Part shown: piece after piece, positions 9,622-18,926 of the stretch | How positions within the stretch are numbered: the stretch's first letter is position 1 | How the letters are laid out: every line of letters begins with the position of its first letter | Origin: Candidatus Latescibacterota bacterium | Lineage (GTDB): Bacteria > Latescibacterota > UBA2968 > GCA-2709665 | Length of the DNA stretch: 64,000 nt | Reading direction: 5' to 3' | NCBI GenBank assembly: GCA_965219995.1 | Contig: CBDCOX010000002.1 | Span: 1,664,001 to 1,728,000 of the forward strand | Translations under genes and position numbers: made by a program | Notes under the pieces: model-generated | Database searches by the model: none | Told to the model about the DNA's origin: nothing | The model's input: the letters and a program-made list of their open reading frames with translations, nothing else

Positions 9622-12600
9622 CTATCGCCTGGTCAGCCGGGCATCCTGGTGCAGGCCGTAGATGATGTAGTCGGTAATCGCCTCGATGACGACGTCGGTC
9701 GGCAGAACGAGCAGGCCGTCTTCCGGCTTGACTCCCTCGGGGAGCTTCAGATAGGCGGCCATTTCCTCCGGCAGGTAGGTCATTTCGTCGCCGAAGAAAG
9801 TGGGCATCTTGGTGCCCGGCTGTATCTTCTGCGGATCCCACAGCCAGTCCCGGATCCATGCCGGTTTCAGCCGCTCCCGCGCGAGCTTCAGGTCGGGCGC
9901 CCAGCTTGCCGGGTCGCCCGTAGGCTTGATGTCGCCCTGCTGGTGGCACGTGAAGCAGTTGTATATGTCGGCGCTGAACAGCTTCTTCGCGCCCGTGATA
10001 TCGCTTGAACTCAACCGCTTATGCACAAACGTCGCATACGGGAACTGTTCATTGTCGAGGCGCGAAAAATAGGTGACCAGGTCGATGGCCTGCTGGTCTT
10101 CGAAACCAAATGTGGGCATTCGGACCTCGAGCCACGGACGGATGGGCTCCACGTTCTTCAGGAACGAGAAGAACCAGTCCGGCTGAACTTTTCTGCCTTC
10201 GCCGTTCAGTTCCGGCGGCACGAAACCCACGGCGTCGGACGCGGAGACGTCCTCGTCGCCGTAAGCCTTCACCATCGGGTCCCGGATTGCTCCCCCCTGG
10301 TTCTCCACCACATGGCACCCTTGACAGTTCCTGTCGTATACCAGCCAGCGGCCCTTCTCGATATCCACTTCATCGGGTGCGAGACGTTTGATCGCGTCCG
10401 AGCCCGCCTGGCTCCGGTTCAGGCTCAGCAGCGCCGTCGTCAACGCGTGCGCATCCTCGTCGCTCAGACCGTACTGGGGCATACGCAGCTTGTCGTCGAA
10501 CAGTTTCACCTTCCCCTTGTCGAAGACCCGGGGCTGCTTGAGCTTCTTGTAGAACCAGTCGTGACGCGTATAGGGAATGGCGTCGGGATCGGTGTTGTAG
10601 GAGCCCGGTTTCCTGGCCAGCAGACCAAAGTCCAGCTTGTCGACGTCCTTGCTGCCTTCCTCGGTCAGTTCCGTGCCGATGGGCTGGGCATCTTCGAAAC
10701 CGGGAATGAGGTGGCATCCGAAGCAGCCCTGCCGGGAGATGATCTTCTCGCCAAGCCAGATGTCCCGCTCGTGGCCCGACATCCCTGCCAGTTGCTCCTT
10801 CGCGGTCTTCACGGGCAGCCTGCTTCGCAGATAGTTCAGCACAAGGTCGTCGCGCACCTGCGCGTCCACTGCCGCCACCTGTCGGGCTTCAAACTCCGTA
10901 TTCCGGAGGGTAAGCAGATATGCGGTAATGTCGGCAGCTTCCCGGTCGGTCAGCCGCAGATTCGGCATCCGTGTTTCCGGAAAATAGGCCGTGGGATCCT
11001 TCAGCCAGGCGAACAGCCATCCTGAAGACAGCTTGCTGCCCACGTCGTTCAGGTTCGGACCGAAATTCCGGAGTCCGTATTCCTGTCCCAACCGATCGTC
11101 CGCACCCACCACGTGACAGGCCTTGCAACCCACCATTTCGACGAGGCGCTCTCCGCGGCCGGCATCGCCCTGCACCGGGGGCGCGGGGTATTCGGGCCGC
11201 TCCGACTTGTCGAAGATATAGGTCACGACGGCGTTGACCGCGGCCGTATTGCGCGCGATATCCTCCGTCCCGCTCACGTTGGCCAGATCGAAAATCTTCG
11301 GCATCTTCGTCGAAGGCCGGAACCCCTTGGGATCACGCACCCACTTGATTGCCCAGTTGCGATCCAGCTTGCCGGCCGCCTTTCTCAGATCGGGTCCGAC
11401 CTCTCGCCCATCCTGCAGCGTATGTTTTGCTATTTTATGGCACCCGTGGCAACCCAGCGTGCGAACGAGGTGGATGCCGCGATTCAGGTTGTCCGCCTGC
11501 GGCACGTCCACAACGCCAGCGTGGCACTGCGCGCACGTGGATTCGACATAGCGGCTGGGCAGCATCGGGTGGTCCCAGTATTTCATTTTCTTCCAGCCGT
11601 ACAGCTTCTTCCAGCGGGCAGCCTCGACGTCGTCGCCCGGGGTATGGGCCGTATTCTTGAATGTAACGCCACGGTCCCGCCCGAGATGACAGGTCGTGCA
11701 TCCGGACTCGTCGATTGGATGCGGCGAGCCGCTGCTCAGGAAAAGGTCCAGTCTCGGATGCGTGGCGAATGCTCTGGTGCGGCCAAGCCGTACATCCTCA
11801 TCCGCGTGGACCGTTTCCATATACGACCTGAGCGTCTCATCCTTGAACCAGCCGGTTTCGGGATCGAGTTCGTACCCCGGACGATCGATGTTCAGGTGGC
11901 ACGTGGTACACCGGTCCACCCGGGGTACCCGGGTAAAATTGAGTTCATTTCTCAGATCGGCCAGAACGACCTGCCGGACCTTTATGGACGGATCGATAAA
12001 ATCGACCATCGGCAGGTTTCGGAACACATTGGGAAAACTGGGCACAAGCCCCGTCAACTTCCGCCTCAGGTTGTCTTCATCCTTGCGCAGCGAGCGCCGC
12101 CTGGACGCCAGCGCCTGACGCTTCCCGGCTACTTCATCGATGATCTTCTGCTGCGCCGCCTGTTTCTCCTCCACAGCCTCTTTGGTCAGCCGGAACTCGA
12201 AGATCCGGACTTCCATGGCCTCCATCTCGGCCTTCTTCTTCGCCGCGGTTTCCTCGTACCCGGCCTTGGCCGCGTCTTCGTACTCAAACTTCACCACGTC
12301 GTATTGCGCTTTTTCGAACTTGAGCCTCTGATCGGCGCTGTACCAATCCGCCTGCGTCAGCCTTTTCAACTCGGTCGTCGCCGCGTCGTATTGTTCCTGG
12401 TGCGCCTGGATTGCGGCCCGGATCCCGCCGAGTTCGTCCTCGATTGCCTTCAGCGCGTCCTGATCGACGTTCTCCTGCGCCAGCTTGATTTCCGCCTCGG
12501 TCTTATAGGCCTCCAGCGCCATCGCATCCTTCTGAAAATCCTTCCATTCCCGGTCGTAGTCGTCCCAGACCATCCAGAGCACGGCGAGAACCAGCACCAC

Positions 12601-12675
12601 GCTGGACACGGCGAAAATCATGTTCATTCTGTCTACGTTGTAGACGAAGTCTATGAAGCGCTTCGGCTCATTCAT
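9622..12675 (-). CDS. Membrane-anchored octaheme c-type cytochrome
   Basis: N-terminal TM, long coiled coil, 8 CxxCH (CTTCH, CTTCH, CAQCH, CHGCH, CKACH, CFGCH, CQGCH, CFTCH), five K/R-M-P motifs. Confidence 0.92.
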   Translation of the reverse strand: MNEPKRFIDFVYNVDRMNMIFAVSSVVLVLAVLWMVWDDYDREWKDFQKDAMALEAYKTEAEIKLAQENVDQDALKAIEDELGGIRAAIQAHQEQYDAATTELKRLTQADWYSADQRLKFEKAQYDVVKFEYEDAAKAGYEETAAKKKAEMEAMEVRIFEFRLTKEAVEEKQAAQQKIIDEVAGKRQALASRRRSLRKDEDNLRRKLTGLVPSFPNVFRNLPMVDFIDPSIKVRQVVLADLRNELNFTRVPRVDRCTTCHLNIDRPGYELDPETGWFKDETLRSYMETVHADEDVRLGRTRAFATHPRLDLFLSSGSPHPIDESGCTTCHLGRDRGVTFKNTAHTPGDDVEAARWKKLYGWKKMKYWDHPMLPSRYVESTCAQCHAGVVDVPQADNLNRGIHLVRTLGCHGCHKIAKHTLQDGREVGPDLRKAAGKLDRNWAIKWVRDPKGFRPSTKMPKIFDLANVSGTEDIARNTAAVNAVVTYIFDKSERPEYPAPPVQGDAGRGERLVEMVGCKACHVVGADDRLGQEYGLRNFGPNLNDVGSKLSSGWLFAWLKDPTAYFPETRMPNLRLTDREAADITAYLLTLRNTEFEARQVAAVDAQVRDDLVLNYLRSRLPVKTAKEQLAGMSGHERDIWLGEKIISRQGCFGCHLIPGFEDAQPIGTELTEEGSKDVDKLDFGLLARKPGSYNTDPDAIPYTRHDWFYKKLKQPRVFDKGKVKLFDDKLRMPQYGLSDEDAHALTTALLSLNRSQAGSDAIKRLAPDEVDIEKGRWLVYDRNCQGCHVVENQGGAIRDPMVKAYGDEDVSASDAVGFVPPELNGEGRKVQPDWFFSFLKNVEPIRPWLEVRMPTFGFEDQQAIDLVTYFSRLDNEQFPYATFVHKRLSSSDITGAKKLFSADIYNCFTCHQQGDIKPTGDPASWAPDLKLARERLKPAWIRDWLWDPQKIQPGTKMPTFFGDEMTYLPEEMAAYLKLPEGVKPEDGLLVLPTDVVIEAITDYIIYGLHQDARLTRR

Positions 12676-12779
12676 CGAACGGCTCCAGGGTGGCGGCGTC
12701 GGACCGTCGTGCCGCCTCCACCAACCCCTTCAAATCCCACACAGGATGCTGCAGCGGCGCCGGCAACAGGAGTGAACCC

Positions 12780-13856
12780 TCAGATATTGAAGAAATACTC
12801 CGGTATGGCGACGATGTATTTCAGGTTGAACAGCCAGCGCAGCAACATCTTGATGGGGAGGGCGACCATGCAGAGGAAGAAGAAGATCATCACGCTGTAG
12901 CGGGCGAACCCCATATTCTTGTAGAAGTCCTTGAACACCGTCTGCGCGAGTAATGGCGGCGGAACCAGAAAATACAGGATCACCAGCAGAAATCCCCATA
13001 TCTCGCGCGTCAACCAGAAGGAAGGCAAACCCGTGCCCAGCCATTGGACGTAGATGTATTCCGAGAGATTGACGTTGACCAGCGCTTCCAGCTTATGTAC
13101 GTCCCAGAATTCGTACGGTCCGAAAAAGTTCCAGTTCGGTCCGCGCAGGAACGTGCCGATCATGATCAGCACCACCCACAACACCACAAAACCGAAAAGG
13201 AACACTGTAATGGCGAACCGGCGTTCCTTGAAGGTGTAGTAGCCCAGACCCTTCGGATTCCGATCGATAAACGGAATGGCCATGAGTCCCACAATCACGA
13301 GGGTTGGAAGGACAACCCCGGCGATCCACGGATCGTAATACACCAGCATTTCCTGGAGCCCCAGGAAATACCACGGCGCCTTGGATGGATTGGGGGTCTT
13401 TGCGGGGTTGGCCGGCTCTTCGATGGGCGCCTTTATCAGTACGGACCAGAGAATCAGGAAGACGGTGGCCAGCGTCAGGCAGATCAATTCCGTGTAGACC
13501 AGATGGGGCCAGGTGAGGACTTTTTCCTTGAATTCCGCTTTTTCAATCGGTCCTTCGCCCCGCGCGATGCGTTCGTCGTTGTCGTACCCCTGTTTCAGGC
13601 TGTACCAGACAAAGAAACCTACCAGGAACAGCAGCATGACAATGGGGATATTGTCACCCTTCGTCACGATGATGCGAAAATTCTCATCCTGAAAACTGAC
13701 CAGGAAAAAGACGATCGAGGCGATCAGGGCGGGCAGGCCGAAACGGACCGTCCATACCCAGCGGGTCCGCAAAGCCAGAAAGAAGAGAATGGCAAACAAC
13801 GGCATGAAATATTCAGGCGTAAGAAGCCAATTGACGAAGCCTTTCAGAACGTCCAT
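12780..13856 (-). CDS. Cytochrome b/b6 C-terminal subunit (subunit IV-like) with extra TM helices
   Basis: TWPHL, ANPAKTPNPSKAPWYF (PEWY equivalent), IPFIDRNP. Confidence 0.88.
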   Translation of the reverse strand: MDVLKGFVNWLLTPEYFMPLFAILFFLALRTRWVWTVRFGLPALIASIVFFLVSFQDENFRIIVTKGDNIPIVMLLFLVGFFVWYSLKQGYDNDERIARGEGPIEKAEFKEKVLTWPHLVYTELICLTLATVFLILWSVLIKAPIEEPANPAKTPNPSKAPWYFLGLQEMLVYYDPWIAGVVLPTLVIVGLMAIPFIDRNPKGLGYYTFKERRFAITVFLFGFVVLWVVLIMIGTFLRGPNWNFFGPYEFWDVHKLEALVNVNLSEYIYVQWLGTGLPSFWLTREIWGFLLVILYFLVPPPLLAQTVFKDFYKNMGFARYSVMIFFFLCMVALPIKMLLRWLFNLKYIVAIPEYFFNI

Positions 13857-13905
13857 CGTGTTCCTCTGTGAAACCCCGGATTTGCAGCGTGGAGGCCGTT
13901 TCTAC

Positions 13906-14691
13906 CTACATTGGTCCCGATATCCCGCCGTCTTTCCGCACCCGCCAGAAGTGAACTGCCATCAATACAGCCGCCACGAACGGGATGAACAGACAGTGCA
14001 GTACATAGAATCTGAGCAGCGCCCCCTCCCCGACAAAGCGGCCCCCCAACAGTGCGAATCGGGCATCGTCGCCGGCGTGAACCAGGTTGATATCACCAAG
14101 CATGAGGAACGCCGCTCCGGGCCCCTCGTGACCGAGAAAAGGGGTTGCCCGGGCCATATTCGACCCCACGGTGATCGCCCAGATGGCAAGCTGATCCCAG
14201 GGCAGAAGGTACCCTGTAAAGCTCAACAACAACGTCAGAAGAAGCAGAATAACCCCGATTGCCCAGTTGAATTCGCGGGGAGGCTTGTAAGACCCGGTCA
14301 TAAACACGCGCAACATGTGGAGCCAGACCGTAATAATCATGGCGTGGGCGCCCCATCGGTGGATCTCCCGCATGATGCCCAGCGGCACCTGCTCGCCCAG
14401 GTCTATAATGTCTGTGTAAGCGTATTCGAGAGTCGGCCGGTAATAGAACATCAGCAGAATACCGGTGATCGTCTCAATCAGAAAAATAAAAAAGGTGAGC
14501 CCACCCATACACCAGGTGTAGCGCACCCTGATTCCCGATTTGGGAGTGCGCACAGGATGCAGATGCAGGAATACATTGGTCAATACCACCTGCGCGCGAC
14601 CGCGTTCGTCTCTCGGCACGTCGTGCCGGAAGATGGACTTCCAGATCTGAGAGCGCTTGGTCCGGTCCAGGAGGCCGGAAATCTTCGGCAT
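13906..14691 (-). CDS. Cytochrome b6-type N-terminal subunit
   Basis: WCMGG, IHRWGAH...[15 protein letters not shown]...VHF with 14 residues between the His, GISGP end. Confidence 0.95.
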   Translation of the reverse strand: MPKISGLLDRTKRSQIWKSIFRHDVPRDERGRAQVVLTNVFLHLHPVRTPKSGIRVRYTWCMGGLTFFIFLIETITGILLMFYYRPTLEYAYTDIIDLGEQVPLGIMREIHRWGAHAMIITVWLHMLRVFMTGSYKPPREFNWAIGVILLLLTLLLSFTGYLLPWDQLAIWAITVGSNMARATPFLGHEGPGAAFLMLGDINLVHAGDDARFALLGGRFVGEGALLRFYVLHCLFIPFVAAVLMAVHFWRVRKDGGISGPM

Positions 14692-14777
14692 ACCTTGTTC
14701 TCCCGATGATACCGCAATGCTGAAGCAGTCGCTGAAATGGCCTTGAGGAGGATACCGCCGGCGGCGTGCAGGCGCGA

Positions 14778-15728
14778 CTATATCCGCAGGAAGGACTCCG
14801 GGTTGTCCCAGTGACCTTTCTCGTACTGAAATTTCCGGGTCTTGTCGACCAGCACCTGCCCGTCTTCGGCAAGCACGATACGCGCCCGTTCAAGGGGGCG
14901 CGGCGCCGGCCCCTCGAAGTTGATGCCCGACATGTAAAAACCGCTGCCGTGACACGGACATTTGAATTTCTGTTCGTTACCCAGCCAGTTGGGCGTACAT
15001 CCCAGATGCGTGCACACCGAAATGAGCGCGAACATATCCTGCGTGGACTTGACGATCCAGACGCTGAACTTGTCCTTCCAGCGTTCGTCCACGCCCAGAT
15101 CGTAATCTTCCGCGAATCCGATCTTGAAAGACTGGGGCGGTTCAAACAGCACGTTCGGGAACAGAAAGCGCCCGAAACCCAGAAGCCCGGCTGCCGACGC
15201 GGCCGCAAAGGACGCCCAGGCCAGGGTCAGCCAGGTGAAGAACCCGCGGCGGGTGGTCATGCCGCCTTCCGCGACGGATTGCGTTCTCTCGGGACCGGGG
15301 CGGATTGCGGGTGGCGCCGGAGACGTCTGAACGATCACACGCTCCTCGACGGGCTCGTCGGTTTTCTGCGTCAACGCGCGAGCGGCGGCGGCCCGGTCCG
15401 CGGTGGACGCGGCTTTCCTGGCCGGCGCGCCGGACGGCGCCGGTTTTGCGCCGCCGCGAGCCTTGCGCATCAGTTCCGCCTTGGCCTTTGCGCGGGCAAC
15501 GCGGTCCTGGATCTCGTCCAGCGATGAAAGATCCACCTCGGCGGCGGCGGATTCGCCTCCCGATTCCTCCGGGGCCTTCGCGGCAGCCTCGACTGCCGGC
15601 GTCTCCCCGGACGCATCTCCCGCGGCGGCCTCCCGGGCCTTTCGGAGCGCTTCCGCTTTGGCCTTGGCCCTGGCCACCCGGTCCGGAATCTCGTCAAATT
15701 CCGAAAGATCGATTTTTTCGTCCGACAT
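14778..15728 (-). CDS. Rieske [2Fe-2S] subunit with long N-terminal extension
   Basis: Tat motif TRRGFF plus TM helix, CTHLGC and CPCHGS boxes, GPAPRPL. Confidence 0.95.
   Translation of the reverse strand: MSDEKIDLSEFDEIPDRVARAKAKAEALRKAREAAAGDASGETPAVEAAAKAPEESGGESAAAEVDLSSLDEIQDRVARAKAKAELMRKARGGAKPAPSGAPARKAASTADRAAAARALTQKTDEPVEERVIVQTSPAPPAIRPGPERTQSVAEGGMTTRRGFFTWLTLAWASFAAASAAGLLGFGRFLFPNVLFEPPQSFKIGFAEDYDLGVDERWKDKFSVWIVKSTQDMFALISVCTHLGCTPNWLGNEQKFKCPCHGSGFYMSGINFEGPAPRPLERARIVLAEDGQVLVDKTRKFQYEKGHWDNPESFLRI
15456..15713 (-). repeat. Two copies of a 27-aa motif in the Rieske N-terminus
   Basis: [27 protein letters not shown] (15713-15633) and [27 protein letters not shown] (15536-15456). 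Confidence 0.9.
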
Positions 15729-15850
15729 GGTATTCTCCGGAAACCGAGCGGGCAGCTTTTGGAGCGGAAATCTCAGACCTGAATTATATATGATATAAGT
15801 TTATAAAATACCGGAAATTGCATCGTTTACGGCCTGAAATACACCGGGCC

Positions 15851-15879
15851 AATATATCCAAACCACCCCGGAATGTCAA
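15851..15879 (-). promoter_or_regulatory. sigma70-type promoter of the respiratory cluster
   Basis: TTGACA-17 bp-TATATT, followed by an AT-rich leader. Confidence 0.7.
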
Positions 15880-15917
15880 GCGGGATTTTCTGCAGATTCG
15901 CACCTCCCGGGTGCCAG

Positions 15918-15960
15918 AAAAAAAGGGATCCGACAGGCGCCCTCGCGGGCCGGATCCCTT
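15918..15960 (-). terminator. Intrinsic terminator after the HEAT-repeat gene
   Basis: GGGATCCG...CGGATCCC stem followed by T7 on the - strand. Confidence 0.8.
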
Positions 15961-15986
15961 GCCGAAATTCCATCGGTTCAACCCGT

Positions 15987-16895
15987 TCATTTCCCCTCCC
16001 ATCCATTCATAACCTCGATGGCGGCCTGCCGGACCCGCAAGTCCGGGTCCTGACTACGCAGCCGCTGCAGCGCGGGGGCCAGAGACGTCGCGTTGAGCAT
16101 GCCCACGGCCCTGATCGCTTCGACCAGGATATTCCGACGACCCTCTCCGCTTATCCTTTCGAAACCATTCAGATACCCCGGGCTCAGCATCTCCCCCAGC
16201 ACCTCCAGACCCGCGCTGTTACCTGCGGAAGCCAGTTGCAGGGCGGCGTTCCAGCGAACATCGGGAGCCCGGTCGTGAAGCGCCTGTTCGAGTGCCTGCG
16301 GCACCCGCGGATCATCGAAATTGCCCAGCGCGAATACCGCGGCCTTGCGCAATCCGGCATCGTCGCCTGACGCGATCCTGATAAGATGCGGGACGGCCAT
16401 GGGGTCTGCCTGCGCCCGGAGCGAGAACATCGCGTTGATCCGGGTTTCGTCGTCCGGGTCATCCAGCGCGGAAATCAGAACGCCGACGAGTTCGGGATCC
16501 CGCACCCTTCCCATCGCCGCGGCCAGAAAGCGCCTCACGCGCGGGTCGTCCGAACGGGAAGCTTCGAACACCCGGATCAACTCCCCGACGAACCTGCGAC
16601 CGATCCGTCCTTCCCGCTGTTCCCGGTCGAGTACCGTGGCCAGTTCATAGGCCGCCTGCCACCGGCTGTTGATGCCGCCCACGCGAATGGTATTGAGATA
16701 GTCCTCCGCGGTCTTTCTTTCGGCCGTCAACAACCCCAATCCCAGGTATATCGCAAGCGCCACGAGGATGATCGCCACCGGAAAAATGACGAACTGCGAC
16801 ACGAGCCTTGCCCGTGAGACGTCCGCGTCGGAAACCGGAGCGGTGGCGTCTTCGGCGATTTTTCTGAGTTCCTCTTCGGGAGTCGGTTCGTTCAT
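15987..16895 (-). CDS. Membrane-anchored HEAT-repeat (PBS lyase-like) protein
   Basis: One TM helix, then repeats of type DPRVR..LA.A.G, D.GLRKAAVFALG, PDVRWNAA; start trimmed to ATG 16895. Confidence 0.85.
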   Translation of the reverse strand: MNEPTPEEELRKIAEDATAPVSDADVSRARLVSQFVIFPVAIILVALAIYLGLGLLTAERKTAEDYLNTIRVGGINSRWQAAYELATVLDREQREGRIGRRFVGELIRVFEASRSDDPRVRRFLAAAMGRVRDPELVGVLISALDDPDDETRINAMFSLRAQADPMAVPHLIRIASGDDAGLRKAAVFALGNFDDPRVPQALEQALHDRAPDVRWNAALQLASAGNSAGLEVLGEMLSPGYLNGFERISGEGRRNILVEAIRAVGMLNATSLAPALQRLRSQDPDLRVRQAAIEVMNGWEGK

Positions 16896-16964
16896 TTCAC
16901 AGCCTCTGCCAGGAAAAACTGCAATTGCCACCCACCGGGTGGACGCGCGAATACGCGCGGTCCA

Positions 16965-17068
16965 AATATATACAGCGCCGGCACGCGCTGTCAAGATTTT
17001 GGTCCCCGCGAAGTTTGCCCGGCCCCTAACCCTTCCTCCTTGACAACCCCCGTCAAAGAGGTTATTTT
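16965..17068. promoter_or_regulatory. Back-to-back sigma70 promoters
   Basis: - strand TTGACA(16994-16989)-18-TATATT; + strand TTGACA(17040-17045)-17-TATTTT with TTGAC-N7-GTCAA dyad over the -35. Confidence 0.55.
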
Positions 17069-17125
17069 ATTCCCAGACGACTCAGACTGCATCGGGAATT
17101 TCCGAACACAGGAGATCACAATCCA

Positions 17126-17857
17126 GTGAACGTCGACCTTACACAGTTTGACGGCATCACCGACCGGGTTGCGCGCGCCAGGGCCAAAGCCGAGGCCATG
17201 CGGAACGCAAAACAGGGCGGCGGCGACGCGGAATCCGTCCCCGACCCGGCCGAGGCCGAACTGGAAGCTTCGGCCGCACCCGCGGAAGCCGAACAGGAAC
17301 CCGCCGGACTTGCCATTCTCGAATTCAGGCCCGGCATCCACTTCAAACTGGACGGGCGGGCCGGACGGACGGTGGGCATTCGATACGACCTGGTCAGTTT
17401 CGTGTACGACGACGACCCCGACCAACTCGTTACCGCGGACCGATACCGCCTCAGCCACGCCCACGCCGAAGGCACGCTGGTTTTCGCGCCGAAGTCGGAG
17501 GTCTACAGACCGGAGCGCGTCGCGAAGAAAGAACGCGTCGACTTCCACGAACACCTGTGGCTCGAGTCCCGCTCCGGCATGACGGCCAAGAAGAAACGGC
17601 CGCGGCATATTGCCATTATCAACCCGGACTATTGCACCGGCTGCAATGCCTGTATCGAAGTCTGCCCGACCGACTGTATCGAGGAAGTGGACGTGGCCGA
17701 CGCAGGCCTCGACGGCATCGGCACATTCTGTGAAGTCCGCCTCGAAGACTGCATCGGATGTATCCAGTGCGTGCACATCTGCCCATGGGAAGCCATCGAA
17801 ATGGTAGACACGCCGCGGGTTGAAGAAGCATACGGTATTCCCGTGGGGACGCTGTAG
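17126..17857 (+). CDS. 2x[4Fe-4S] dicluster ferredoxin-domain protein with N-terminal extension
   Basis: CTGCNACIEVCP and CIGCIQCVHICP; GGAGA RBS before GTG. Confidence 0.9.
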   Translation: MNVDLTQFDGITDRVARARAKAEAMRNAKQGGGDAESVPDPAEAELEASAAPAEAEQEPAGLAILEFRPGIHFKLDGRAGRTVGIRYDLVSFVYDDDPDQLVTADRYRLSHAHAEGTLVFAPKSEVYRPERVAKKERVDFHEHLWLESRSGMTAKKKRPRHIAIINPDYCTGCNACIEVCPTDCIEEVDVADAGLDGIGTFCEVRLEDCIGCIQCVHICPWEAIEMVDTPRVEEAYGIPVGTL

Positions 17858-17882
17858 AACGATATTCACAAGAGATCAAATG

Positions 17883-17918
17883 AAGAGAGCGTCGGCCGGA
17901 CCCGGGCGACGCTCTTTT
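17883..17918 (+). terminator. Intrinsic, probably bidirectional terminator
   Basis: AGAGCGTCG...CGACGCTCT followed by TTT, between convergent genes. Confidence 0.75.
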
Positions 17919-17957
17919 ACTTTGGCTGGAATCTCTAACGGCGAACACCGCGGCCTG

Positions 17958-18926
17958 TCAACTGACGCCTGACGTCAGCGCCTGGGAAACGCATGCCATG
18001 TCCGGAGGCGGGTCCGCGCGGAATTCCAGTGCGTTGCTCGTGACCGGATGGTTGAAACCGAGCACGCCGGCATGCAGCATCTGCCGATTCGCCAGATCCA
18101 GGACGGTCCTGGCCGCGTTCCGCAGCGGCGGCGCGATCCCCCGAATCCGTTTCGCGCCGCCTCCGTAGGCGGTATCTCCGAATACCGGATGGCCGATATG
18201 GGCGAGATGCACGCGAATCTGATGCGTTCTGCCCGTCTCCAGCCTCAATCCCAGCGTCGACGCGAACCCGTGGAACGCCTTTACCTCGTACCGGGTGGCG
18301 GCAGCGCGCCCACCGGTGTCCACCACGGCCATGCGCCTGCGGTCTTCAGGGCTCCTGCCGATGGCCTCCTCGATGCGGCCGCGCTCCGCCCGGGGTTGGC
18401 CCCAGACAATGGCGGTATATCGTCTGGTTACCGTACGCGCCTCCAACTGCCCTGCCAGCCCCCGGTGGGCGGCGTCGTTCTTGGCCACCATCAGCAGACC
18501 CGACGTCTCTCTGTCCAGCCGGTGAACGATTCCGGGTCGCAGAACGCCGTTGATCCCTGAGAGACCGTCGCAATGGGCAAGGAGGCCGTTCACCAGAGTT
18601 CCGGATCGCATGCCGCCCGTGGGGTGCACGACCATGCCCGCAGGCTTGTTGACGACCAGCAGGTGCGCGTCTTCAAACAGGACGTCCAGAGGAATCTCCT
18701 CCGGATCGACTGTGGACGGCCGGGCGGCAGGCAGACAGACGGCGATCCTTTGTCCAGCCGAAACCCTGTAGCTTGATCGAACCGGTTTTCCCGCGACCAG
18801 CACATCCCCCGAGGCAATCAGCGCCTGGATCCGGGACCGGGAGAGCGGTTCGCACATGGCCGCCAGCAGGCGGTCCAGCCGGTTGCCCGCGTGTTCCGGA
18901 AGGACGGCAACGTCAATCTTCGTCAT
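17958..18926 (-). CDS. rluD: RluA family 23S rRNA pseudouridine synthase
   Basis: S4 domain RLD, VNKPAGMVVHP, HRLDRETSG, LETGRTHQIRVH. Confidence 0.93.
   Translation of the reverse strand: MTKIDVAVLPEHAGNRLDRLLAAMCEPLSRSRIQALIASGDVLVAGKPVRSSYRVSAGQRIAVCLPAARPSTVDPEEIPLDVLFEDAHLLVVNKPAGMVVHPTGGMRSGTLVNGLLAHCDGLSGINGVLRPGIVHRLDRETSGLLMVAKNDAAHRGLAGQLEARTVTRRYTAIVWGQPRAERGRIEEAIGRSPEDRRRMAVVDTGGRAAATRYEVKAFHGFASTLGLRLETGRTHQIRVHLAHIGHPVFGDTAYGGGAKRIRGIAPPLRNAARTVLDLANRQMLHAGVLGFNHPVTSNALEFRADPPPDMACVSQALTSGVS

Noticed and set aside
11113-12900. Long antisense or alternative-frame ORFs (this one, 6217-7773, 19996-21675, 34801-36321 and others)
   Set aside because: Expected shadows in high-GC DNA over well-supported genes; no motifs
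17040-17056. FNR box
   Set aside because: TTGAC-N7-GTCAA has the wrong spacing for TTGAT-N4-ATCAA; kept only as an unassigned dyad
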